64,000 bases of DNA from an uncultured virus (IMG/VR IMGVR_UViG_3300022851_000011). Lineage: Duplodnaviria; Heunggongvirae; Uroviricota; Caudoviricetes. The notes beneath the pieces were generated by a model. The model had not been told where the DNA came from. It made no database searches and saw only the letters and a program-made list of their open reading frames with translations. The stretch spans positions 1 through 64,000 of IMG/VR virus record IMGVR_UViG_3300022851_000011; one strand, given 5' to 3'. Below, one piece after another: positions 1-8,239 of this stretch. Numbering within the stretch: the first letter of the stretch is position 1; each line of letters starts with the position of its first letter. The position numbers and the translations under genes were made by a program.

Positions 1-102
1 TTGGCGTTTAATGCGCCGCCCGGTTGTCCGGTTCTCGATGGTCTATAGGTGATACTATCAACCCGAGCATGGTATGTATAAGGGAGGGCAGTTAGGTCCA
101 TT

Positions 103-318
103 TTATTTGTTCCTGTGATGAATGGGGCGACGGAAAATCTTCGCACCCTTTTCCCATTGGTTGTCAATAATCAATCCACGATTATTACGACGATCCATAA
201 GACCCCAATAAGTTTTTTGATTATAGAGATCACCTTCTCGAAAGACGAATCCTTCTTCTCGGCAGAAATCACGGAATGTGTCGAGGTCGTTATAGATTTT
301 AGTTACTTCGTTTTTCAT
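103..318 (-). CDS. hypothetical phage protein
   Basis: 71-aa ORF with upstream AGGA RBS, co-directional with neighbours. Confidence 0.6.
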   Translation of the reverse strand: MKNEVTKIYNDLDTFRDFCREEGFVFREGDLYNQKTYWGLMDRRNNRGLIIDNQWEKGAKIFRRPIHHRNK

Positions 319-327
319 TTTTATATC

Positions 328-1056
328 CTATTGTTTAGCTGGTAAGATGTATTCATAAATAGCAAGGCCGCTATCAACAGTGATTTGTGCGGCACCATCA
401 TCGCTGAATTTCATGGTGATGTCGCCGTTTAGATTTAGGATAGCCAATGTTTGTGCCACTGGCCATTTCCAAGCACGTGCTAATTTGCCTTCAATGCTTG
501 GCTGGAATACAAAGTTACCGGCGTGTGTTGAGTGGTCGCCAAAATAGAAAACAAGATCGCCGTCTTCCGTTTTAGCGATAAAGCTTTCTTCGTCACTGTT
601 TGCTTGGATTTGGTATTTAAACCGCTGGATAGCGGCTGCGCTGGGTTTGAACTCTACGTTCCAGTTTGCGCCTCGGAACTTTACGCTCTTCAGCCTTTCG
701 TTAATAACGTCCATAGTCATAAAACGATAGTCGTTCTTGAAGTCACCAGTAGAGTTTTCGAAGTGAATACCAACTGGAACATTTTCGCCATTGCGATCCT
801 GCGTGGATAACTCAAGCTTTGCATCTTCGGCATATACCGGGATGTTTAGAAGTGTTTGAAGCTTTTTTAGGTTCGGCATCCCAAATGTGCCACTGAACTC
901 GGTCACTGGGGAATTGAACTTTGCTTCAACTACTACAGAACGGTCGTCTGCCATTCCATTTACTGCTGTTTGGTCTACGTCGCCAACAACTTTTACTAGG
1001 TCAATAAAACCCAATCCAGTTGTATGTTGGACGATATCAAGTAATGCGTCTTTCAT
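328..1056 (-). CDS. probable DNA polymerase sliding clamp (T4 gp45-like)
   Basis: 242 aa, beta-rich two-domain size, C-terminal YEYILPA; same region encodes PolB and a clamp loader. Confidence 0.6.
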   Translation of the reverse strand: MKDALLDIVQHTTGLGFIDLVKVVGDVDQTAVNGMADDRSVVVEAKFNSPVTEFSGTFGMPNLKKLQTLLNIPVYAEDAKLELSTQDRNGENVPVGIHFENSTGDFKNDYRFMTMDVINERLKSVKFRGANWNVEFKPSAAAIQRFKYQIQANSDEESFIAKTEDGDLVFYFGDHSTHAGNFVFQPSIEGKLARAWKWPVAQTLAILNLNGDITMKFSDDGAAQITVDSGLAIYEYILPAKQ

Positions 1057-1118
1057 TTAAACTCCATGTAATTTGTCATTTGTTTATAATATATTATATC
1101 AAACTGCGGATAGTAAAA

Positions 1119-2036
1119 TCAATATGTTTTTTTGATATTTCCAAGAGTTTGACCAGCACGTTGTGTGTAAAATTCTCCGGGCTGCGTGAATTCCAATATG
1201 GATATATTTGGTTCAATATCAGTTGTACTAATATTATCAAATCCTAGCCCATAAACCAAAGGCTCAATGTAATCACGTGTATTGAATAATCTATATTTTT
1301 TAAAGATAGTGTTATCAAGACTCGATTTCAGCAAACAATTATTATAGCTCATAATAACTCGTCCATCAGGTCGAAGAAGTTTTTTAAATTCGGTTAAGTA
1401 TATTTTAATAACATCAAGCGGCAATCTTTCGAAAAATCCAAAACTAAAAATAAGACCCATTTGCCCAACTGGCAATGATCTAAAGTCCACGTCGCCGTGG
1501 GCGTGATATGTGCGCAATCGTCGCTGATACGCATCGTTGAACTTGTTTTTCGTATTAATAAGAGACTCAGAATGCTTATCAACGATATACAAAGGATCAA
1601 GCCCCACCAATTTATCCGTAAAATGATTTATGCCGGGACTTAATTCCATACCGGGATACTGCCATTTGATAGCAAGATTTATTTTTCCTTCTATTATTTC
1701 TTTTGCAGCAACGGGTAAATGCAAATCTGTGTAATATTGGTTGATATGTGCATAGTCGTCAAACTTCATTTCGCTATCATAATAACGATAACTTTGCTGA
1801 ATAAACTCTATCTCATATTTTCGTATTTCTTCTTGAAATTTCTTATCTAATTTTTTTACTGTTCTGCGACCAATGATATGTTGCATTTCAAGTAAGTCTT
1901 TGGCTAAATCTTCACCATTTCGAATAGTGGATGCGATACTGGAATAACTACTCAACGTTTCCGATAACGGTGCATAGTCAATCCGTTTAAATTCATCGTA
2001 TTTCTTAACTAAATCCCAATATTTGTTAGCATCCAT
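1119..2036 (-). CDS. class I SAM-dependent methyltransferase-like protein
   Basis: C-terminal GMELSPG...LIFSFGFFE...LLRPDGRVIMSY pattern; ATAAATA late-promoter motif upstream. Confidence 0.5.
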   Translation of the reverse strand: MDANKYWDLVKKYDEFKRIDYAPLSETLSSYSSIASTIRNGEDLAKDLLEMQHIIGRRTVKKLDKKFQEEIRKYEIEFIQQSYRYYDSEMKFDDYAHINQYYTDLHLPVAAKEIIEGKINLAIKWQYPGMELSPGINHFTDKLVGLDPLYIVDKHSESLINTKNKFNDAYQRRLRTYHAHGDVDFRSLPVGQMGLIFSFGFFERLPLDVIKIYLTEFKKLLRPDGRVIMSYNNCLLKSSLDNTIFKKYRLFNTRDYIEPLVYGLGFDNISTTDIEPNISILEFTQPGEFYTQRAGQTLGNIKKTY

Positions 2037-2060
2037 ATACCTATTTATGTGTGTATATTA

Positions 2061-3050
2061 CTATACATCAAATAGTGTATTAAAAGTCGAAGTAACGTCT
2101 GTTTTAGTATCCAAATCCCACTTCATAACACCAAGCAAGTTTTTAATTTTTTGATCCACAATAGTTGCAAGCATTAACTCGTTATCAAACGGCAAATCCT
2201 TAAACCAGTCTGGAATATGTGGTTCATCAATCGGATACCCGATGCTCGTATATCCAAGCGGATTATTCTTTAACTTACACACAATAGTCTTTTGACCGTC
2301 TTGAATATCCATTGAATAGTTATCAGAATAGAACTTTTTTAACTTATTCCAATGAATAGCTGCCGATACGTGACCGGGAATCATTACGCCTTTCATGCCC
2401 TTATTTTCATACATCTTGGTGTACTTGGTAAGGTTGTTCACACGTTTTGGCGTACCTTTTTCCCAAGGCGGACGTTCTACAAACTCTTTTTTGAAGTCAA
2501 AAATCTTACCAATGATTTCATCTTCTTCTTTGTCTGTTAACACATCGATAAGGATTTCCATAAGAAATTCTTGCATATACCCCGGCGTATCCGAACGCTT
2601 CAAGTCCAAGCCCATAGCTTTGACTTTGCCCTCTTTGCCATCAACATCACGGCGTGTTCCTTCGTCGTCATAAATCATAAGACCATACCGCTTCTTCTTT
2701 ATGAACAATCCTTTTGTTGCGATAAGTTCTCGGCCACCTTCAATGATTTCGCCCATATGTTGCGGACAGTTAAATGCTTTCTTCATAAACGGAGGAAACG
2801 ATTCATTTACGGCTTCCGACACCTGATCGTATACTTCGGTGCAGATTTTTTTCGACCATTCCATTTCACCATTATTAACCGCATCTTCGATAACTGGCCA
2901 CATTGAAAAATACACGCTGTTATGAACGAGAATGTTGTTGCCGAAGAACCATGGATGCTCTTCATTCTTCATGCCTATGTCATAGACATATTCATCATCA
3001 AAGTTGTCTAACTGTTTGACAGATTTTACTTTAGCTTTTTTAACTTCCAT
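2061..3050 (-). CDS. family B DNA polymerase fragment C: C-intein (aa 1-44) followed by palm/thumb
   Basis: Begins with intein blocks F/G (YVYDIG...NILVHN/S), then SVYF, KKRYG and KAMGLDLKRSDTP PolB motifs. Confidence 0.93.
   Translation of the reverse strand: MEVKKAKVKSVKQLDNFDDEYVYDIGMKNEEHPWFFGNNILVHNSVYFSMWPVIEDAVNNGEMEWSKKICTEVYDQVSEAVNESFPPFMKKAFNCPQHMGEIIEGGRELIATKGLFIKKKRYGLMIYDDEGTRRDVDGKEGKVKAMGLDLKRSDTPGYMQEFLMEILIDVLTDKEEDEIIGKIFDFKKEFVERPPWEKGTPKRVNNLTKYTKMYENKGMKGVMIPGHVSAAIHWNKLKKFYSDNYSMDIQDGQKTIVCKLKNNPLGYTSIGYPIDEPHIPDWFKDLPFDNELMLATIVDQKIKNLLGVMKWDLDTKTDVTSTFNTLFDV
2919..3050 (-). mobile_element. C-terminal half of a naturally split intein (44 aa)
   Basis: Own ATG; ends His-Asn followed by Ser(+1). 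Confidence 0.9.
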
Positions 3051-3158
3051 TCCGCCATTCCTTTACTCGTTGTATAATAGTATATTGGTCGTGATACCAA
3101 TCATTTTCCCAGATAACAAATACCTCGTATCCATTATTGGTAGCATATGATGAAGACC
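3051..3158 (-). pseudogene. C-terminal remnant of a Vsr-like homing endonuclease between the split-intein halves
   Basis: Startless minus frame reads YATNNGYEVFVIWENDWYHDQYTIIQRVKEW, matching the G-Y/W-x-V-x-x-I-W-E-x-D tail of Vsr-like nucleases. Confidence 0.65.
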
Positions 3159-4112
3159 TTATTCAGTAGTAGTAATAAGTAAATCATCCTTCAATATATC
3201 TCGTGGTTTTATTTCCATCAATACGCCATCTCTCTCAACCATAACTGAGTGATCGCCAGTTACACGAATGGTATTACCATATTGATCCTCAATTTCCCAT
3301 TGTTCTTTAGATACCTTATGCCTGTAGATATAATTGATGTGCCCGTAATACGCTTTGCCTTCTTCCGGGTTATACGAAAGAACCTTCAAATCATCGTTAG
3401 CACTATATTCCTTTGTATCATCCTTGGCATCATTCCAATAACGCTGCCCTCGGTTGAACAATTCTTCTACGGTAAGCTCACCCCAATTGGTCTTGTGTAT
3501 GGTTTCGGCAAATTCTGAGTCTGTGTCGCCATACACAATACTTTTTCCAGTATGATCGTATTCACCCGCCAGTGATTGATTCACGTATGCTGACATATGC
3601 TTTGCAATACACCGACCAGTTAGTGTGGTTGACTGTCCGATATCAAAGACGTAGAAACGACAATGCTTATTCAATACAGCACCATACACATTTATATTCC
3701 ACATAAGTCGTTAGTTTATGTGCGTTCTCTCATGAACTGCTGTATGTCGCCATACAGATTAGACTATATCACCAACCTTGAAGGTTGCTCCCCGTTTCGT
3801 ATCACTTGATACTACTGCTTTCGCATAGTCGTTGAACCTTCCCTTACGGGCTTGGCTGCGGATTGTCTCGGTGAGAGTTCCCCGCAGTTAGAGGAGTTTT
3901 TCATTATATATTACTATATAAAGTCGCAATATTTACGAATTCAAGTTGATCTTTTTGACCAACTGCCGCTTATCCCGGAATGCTACTGCACCCCTATCTT
4001 TGTTTTCAATCTTGCCGTTTCTTACAACCAAATCGTTTTCTCTCATCACTTGTTCTAACTTTTCAGTTTCGTTATTGCTGATGAGGTCTTGGATTGTAGA
4101 GACTAAATCCAT
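3159..4112 (-). CDS. family B DNA polymerase fragment B (exons 4112-3935 and 3688-3159): motif B, YGDTD and N-intein
   Basis: ATG at 4112 with AGGAGA RBS; exon 1 ends DKRQLVKKINLNS; splicing restores NSLYGAVLN; continues to YGDTD and the N-intein. Confidence 0.9.
3162..3518 (-). mobile_element. N-terminal half of a naturally split intein (119 aa)
   Basis: Starts at Ser after YGDTD; block B TGDHS; ends at a stop codon. Confidence 0.9.
3689..3934 (-). ncRNA. group I self-splicing intron (246 nt, no internal ORF)
   Basis: 5' exon UCGU pairs with GCGA (U-G at the splice site); P/Q/R/S-like elements AACUGCGGGGAA, AAUCCGCAGCC, GUUCAACGACUA, GAUAUAGUC; terminal G at 3689; removal restores motif B in frame. 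Confidence 0.92.
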
Positions 4113-4430
4113 TCAATTCTCCTATCTCTGTGAGTTTATATTTGGCAACACCTAAATCTTTTAGGCATTTCCCGTGATATTCACCGAAAAAGTTTTTCCT
4201 ATCTTCACGCATATTGTGATGAGGTTTAGGAAAAGACATTTCTATATCATCCACGTATTTTCTTGGAATATCTATTTGATTCTCTTGTAATAATGATATC
4301 ATATTTTTGCCGCCAATAGCAATATAATCTTTATACTTATAGCACTTTATATTTTTAACAGAATGCCCGTCATAACGGTAATGGTGACTTTCAACTTCAT
4401 TCTCTTTTAGAAACTCATATTGTTTGGTTT
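4113..4430 (-). pseudogene. decayed AT-rich ORF between polymerase fragments A and B (possible endonuclease remnant)
   Basis: The frame of ORF 4072-4302 stays open upstream (YEFLKENEVESHHYRYDGH...) without an upstream start codon. Confidence 0.35.
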
Positions 4431-4450
4431 ATTTAGGACAAAAGACGAGA

Positions 4451-6094
4451 TTAGTCGTCTATCAAATCCTTTCCAAGTTTAGACATAATATCATTAGGTA
4501 CTTCTATGGTAGAATCATCAATAACCGCCGCTGCCTTCTTCTTGGCTTGTAGTTCTTGGCGTTCTGCGTACCATTTTTCAAGTATGCCGGGAATGATGCC
4601 TTGCTTATTATACTCAAATACTGTGCCGTTACCGCTTACTACCCATTTTTCACCACCATGGAAAATAATATCGTTAATTTCCTTGCCAGTATGTGTGGTT
4701 TGCTTGCCATCTGCCCATTGTACTTTGAGTGGTGTGGTATCATCTTTATCATCCATAAAGGAATATTCAAGTGTACCAAATAACCCTTCCCATGCTCCTG
4801 CAAACGACTTGCCTTCAGCCATTCGTTTTTCAATAAGCGGACGTGTATGTGTAGGCAATAACTGTGCTACAAATGTCTCGGGACTCATATTCAATGCACG
4901 AATAGCCGATGGATATAGTGAGTTAATATCGATAGCACCTACCCATTTATGTGTGCCTTTCTTCGGATGCGCCACATAAGCACCAGCCGCACGGTGATCT
5001 TCGTCGTCGCCATAATGAACCTTATTAGGCACAACCATATCAAGTGAATGCGCATAGTTGATAAGGGCTTGGTCAGTAACACCAACGGCACCCATAGCTG
5101 CCGCAATAAGCACTGTATTATCGTGTGCGATTTCATTGCATAGATCAATAAACTGTAGCTTATCATCAAGTTGCTTTAATAGCAAAGTATCCTGACGGTT
5201 GTATTCAATGAACTTATAAAAGTCGTCATTGTATAACTTATCTAGCGATCCTGCGTATTGGATTTTACGGGCACCTAGTTCATATTCAGAAATGGTATCC
5301 AACGAATACGAATGCATTTCGTGATAGGTATATTGCTGATACAATGATAGGCTATCCAAGTGAATACGTCCACGTAAATCATACGTCTTTTGCATCTTGC
5401 CATATTTTTCGTATTCACGTTCTTTTGGGAGTTGGTCAAGTAAACAGAAACGGCGTGTGTCATTCTTACTAAGAACCCGTGCCGTTCGGTTAACCATATA
5501 CGGAATATCGTAGCCTTCACTGTTCCAACCCGTAAGCACATCGGCTTCTTGGATTAAGTCAAGGAACGTTTCAATCATATCCCCTTCGTTACTGAATAGG
5601 TATGTGTTGGGGAAATCCATCATTGCCTCGGCTTCTTCAAGCGTCAGTGTATTTGGTGGAATAGCTAACGTAACCATTTCATCCATCCACGAACAATATA
5701 ATGAGATAGCCGTTACTTTATTGAACGGGTCATCGGGTGGCGCAAAACCAAGCGTAGGCGAAAAGTCAACCTCAATATCGAAGAAGCACACGTTTAGCTT
5801 GGGCGACATCTGCCCAATATAGTGACGTTCAAGTGTCTTATTAACAATATTTATATCACTTTCCCATACACGTGTCTGACTACGACTTTTCAACTCACGA
5901 TGAAATTCCTTTTTACTATCAGATTCGAATTTGGAAACAGGATTACGAAAAATAGTATTATACTTTCCAGCTGGATCGTCATAATAAAACGTCCATTTAC
6001 ACGGATGTTCGGTTACTATTCGTTTACCATTCAGTCTTTCAACTACCTTAACAACGTTATTTCGTTTATCGTAGATTGCGTCAACGTAACTCAA
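4451..6094 (-). CDS. family B DNA polymerase fragment A (3'-5' exonuclease, motif A, first fingers helix)
   Basis: FDIEVD, GWNSEGYDIPY, YNRQD, DINSLYPS, GIIPGILEKWYAERQ; ends at a stop codon. Confidence 0.95.
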   Translation of the reverse strand: MSYVDAIYDKRNNVVKVVERLNGKRIVTEHPCKWTFYYDDPAGKYNTIFRNPVSKFESDSKKEFHRELKSRSQTRVWESDINIVNKTLERHYIGQMSPKLNVCFFDIEVDFSPTLGFAPPDDPFNKVTAISLYCSWMDEMVTLAIPPNTLTLEEAEAMMDFPNTYLFSNEGDMIETFLDLIQEADVLTGWNSEGYDIPYMVNRTARVLSKNDTRRFCLLDQLPKEREYEKYGKMQKTYDLRGRIHLDSLSLYQQYTYHEMHSYSLDTISEYELGARKIQYAGSLDKLYNDDFYKFIEYNRQDTLLLKQLDDKLQFIDLCNEIAHDNTVLIAAAMGAVGVTDQALINYAHSLDMVVPNKVHYGDDEDHRAAGAYVAHPKKGTHKWVGAIDINSLYPSAIRALNMSPETFVAQLLPTHTRPLIEKRMAEGKSFAGAWEGLFGTLEYSFMDDKDDTTPLKVQWADGKQTTHTGKEINDIIFHGGEKWVVSGNGTVFEYNKQGIIPGILEKWYAERQELQAKKKAAAVIDDSTIEVPNDIMSKLGKDLIDD

Positions 6095-6103
6095 TATTCA
6101 CTC

Positions 6104-6382
6104 CTAAAATGCTGCATTCAATAAGCCCACGATGTTCATTAAGGAATACCATCCCATAAGAACAAACATCCACGAGCTTTTTCTCATATACATTGCTGCC
6201 ATTAATAGCACACTACCCACAAGATAGCAGATAAAGATGATTAGCAATGGTGGTGTTGGGGTTAGAAACGCCAGTAAGAAACTGGCAATAACGCTTACTA
6301 TTGTGGCAACGGCTTCACACCAAAACAATGGCTTATTGTCGTGCCACGTTTCTACCCAAAACGCCCATATATTTTTAATCAT
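6104..6382 (-). CDS. small membrane protein
   Basis: Three hydrophobic segments in 92 aa. Confidence 0.65.
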   Translation of the reverse strand: MIKNIWAFWVETWHDNKPLFWCEAVATIVSVIASFLLAFLTPTPPLLIIFICYLVGSVLLMAAMYMRKSSWMFVLMGWYSLMNIVGLLNAAF

Positions 6383-6645
6383 TAAATGCGTTTTACTGAA
6401 GCCAATATAGTTTCGAGCAAGTCGTGATCTTCCGATTTGTTTTGGAAATCATCTTTTTGTGCGGTTTTAATCGCTTTCTTTAAAACGGCTGGTTTGATTT
6501 GTAGTTCTTCAGCGATAGCCTTAACGGTATCGTTTAGACCTTCTGTTAAATCTTCTACTTCTTGCAGGGTTTGTACACCTTCACGCATAAGATGGTCTAG
6601 TTTAGTTGTTTCTTCCGACGAGAACACTCGGTTATTAGCAGTCAT
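6382..6645 (-). CDS. dsDNA-binding protein, T4 DsbA/GapR-like
   Basis: 87-aa helical protein with the pattern EVEDLTEGLNDTVKAIAEELQIKPAVLKKAIK; AGGAG RBS. Confidence 0.5.
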   Translation of the reverse strand: MTANNRVFSSEETTKLDHLMREGVQTLQEVEDLTEGLNDTVKAIAEELQIKPAVLKKAIKTAQKDDFQNKSEDHDLLETILASVKRI

Positions 6646-6721
6646 ATTATCTCCTTAAATGATTACCCATTATAGCAGCATATGCACCCCTGTATCAATA
6701 TATTTCTTTTAAAAAAAGATA

Positions 6722-6757
6722 TAGACAAATATATACTTATCACGTATAATGATAAAT
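6722..6757 (+). promoter_or_regulatory. sigma70-like promoter plus ATAAATA late-type motif upstream of the flagellin gene
   Basis: TAGACA-N17-TATAAT at 6722-6750, followed by GATAAATA. Confidence 0.6.
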
Positions 6758-6838
6758 ATAAATGAAGCAAGAATGTTTCATTACGCTCTCCAAGAATGGA
6801 AAGCGCCACATAGACATATATCCAGAAGGAGAATATAA

Positions 6839-7671
6839 ATGTCAAACGAAGTAACTCTATCTGCGAGTATTCGCAGTAACCTAAACTCACTACAAAATAC
6901 AACTAACCTCTTAGAAATGACACAAGGACGCCTTTCGTCAGGAAAGAAAGTCAACAATGTTATTGATAATCCATCATCATTCTTTATTGCACGTGGTTTA
7001 AGCAGTCGGCATCCGATCTATTGACGGTAAAAGAAAACCTAGCAAACAACATCGTTACTGTACAAACAGCTACTGATGCTCTAGAGTCCATTGAAGGTCT
7101 GCTAAAGCAAGCAAAAGCTGTTGCTGAATCTGCTAAAGCATCTTCAAGCGTGGCAGAACGTACTACATTCTCAGCACAATATGATGGTATTCTTGACCAG
7201 ATCAACAACACCAGTGCAGACGCTACATTCAATGGTGTTGGACTACTGAAAGCTACGCCAGATAGCTTGACCGTGAAGCTAAACGAAACCACAACAACAT
7301 TGACGGTTGCGGGTATTGCTTCTGATCAAGTTGGTCTTGCAGTAACCGACGCTGGTGATTGGGAAAACGCCACCATAGCAACTGGTACGACCGCCATTGA
7401 TGTTGATATCGCAAAGATTGATGCAGCATTGTCAACTGTTCGTACATCAGCTAAGACGCTTGGTACAAATGCAGCGTTGATTCAGTCACGTGAAGAGTTC
7501 ACAGCTAATATGATTAACAGCCTCAAAGAAGGCGCTGGTAACTTGGTCAACGCAGACCTAAACGAAGAATCAGCTAACTTGCTAGCTCTTCAGACACGCC
7601 AAGCACTAGCTAACAACTCGTTGAGTCTTGCTGTTCAATCTGAACAAGCAATCCTTAGTCTTTTTAGATAA
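6839..7671 (+). CDS. flagellin (about 277 aa, alphaproteobacterial type); one-base frameshift near 7008
   Basis: N-terminal VTLSASIRSNLNSLQNT...QGRLSSGKKVN; C-terminal LVNADLNEESANLLALQTRQALANNSLSLA...ILSLFR; adding one base to AGT CG GCA joins the ORFs as SRASDLLTVK. Confidence 0.9.
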
Positions 7672-7682
7672 GGGATAATGGG

Positions 7683-7710
7683 TGGGGGTGAAATTCCCCC
7701 ACTATTTTTT
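7683..7710 (+). terminator. intrinsic terminator after flagellin
   Basis: GTGGGGG-TGAAATT-CCCCCAC hairpin followed by a T-run. Confidence 0.75.
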
Positions 7711-7721
7711 AGGAGATAAAA

Positions 7722-8036
7722 ATGGATGATCTAACAATTACGGGGCGTCCTTTGTCCACGGACAACGGACAATTACCCAAAGTAACACAAGTTGTCGAGG
7801 AAGTTACGCAGACTGAAGAAGAAAAAGAACAAAAGTCTGAGTATGAAAAACAACAGGAACGCCGTGAAGCACGTGCGGAAGAACGCCGTGAAAAAGAGCT
7901 ATTCTATCAAAGCCTTCCGACAAAGCAGTTGATTGATATGCTTGAAGCAGCACAAGGTGAAATATTCCCTGCACCCACACGTATTCAAGCGTATGAGCGG
8001 GTACTAGCAATGGTAGAGAATATACCTAACAATTAA
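7722..8036 (+). CDS. hypothetical coiled-coil protein downstream of flagellin
   Basis: AGGAG RBS; E/K/R-rich 104 aa. Confidence 0.7.
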   Translation: MDDLTITGRPLSTDNGQLPKVTQVVEEVTQTEEEKEQKSEYEKQQERREARAEERREKELFYQSLPTKQLIDMLEAAQGEIFPAPTRIQAYERVLAMVENIPNN

Positions 8037-8239
8037 ACTAAGATATTAATTTTTAAACCACGAGTCACATTGATGGAACTTACGTCTGTTGGACCGTAGG
8101 TTTCATCATATGATTGGCGTTTTTCTATGCTTGCCAATTCATATTCACGTGCCATTGCACTACGACTACGATTTTCATAAGCCATCGCCGCACCACGGCT
8201 GTCAAGGTTAATGTTAACACTTGATGGTAATATTTTCAT
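8033..8239 (-). CDS. small hypothetical protein
   Basis: Overlaps the stop of the upstream gene; C-terminus RGLKINILV. Confidence 0.55.
   Translation of the reverse strand: MKILPSSVNINLDSRGAAMAYENRSRSAMAREYELASIEKRQSYDETYGPTDVSSINVTRGLKINILV

Noticed and set aside
3690..3704. ORF-track start MWNINV for 3159-3704
   Set aside because: These codons lie inside the intron's 3' end; the real frame enters from exon 1 after splicing.
3970..3980. FRDKRQ in place of an expected FWDKRQ as RNA editing or an inactivating change
   Set aside because: A single CGG/TGG difference at a non-catalytic position cannot be distinguished from natural variation or a base-call error.
4113..4451. Ribosomal bypass or a second intron joining polymerase fragments A and B
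   Set aside because: Fragment B has its own strong RBS and ATG, and no intron core is visible in the gap.
6995..7024. Programmed ribosomal frameshift in flagellin
   Set aside because: No slippery heptamer at the junction. A one-base loss in a short G run is simpler, and a similar one-base loss appears near 59044. A genuine mutation is not excluded.
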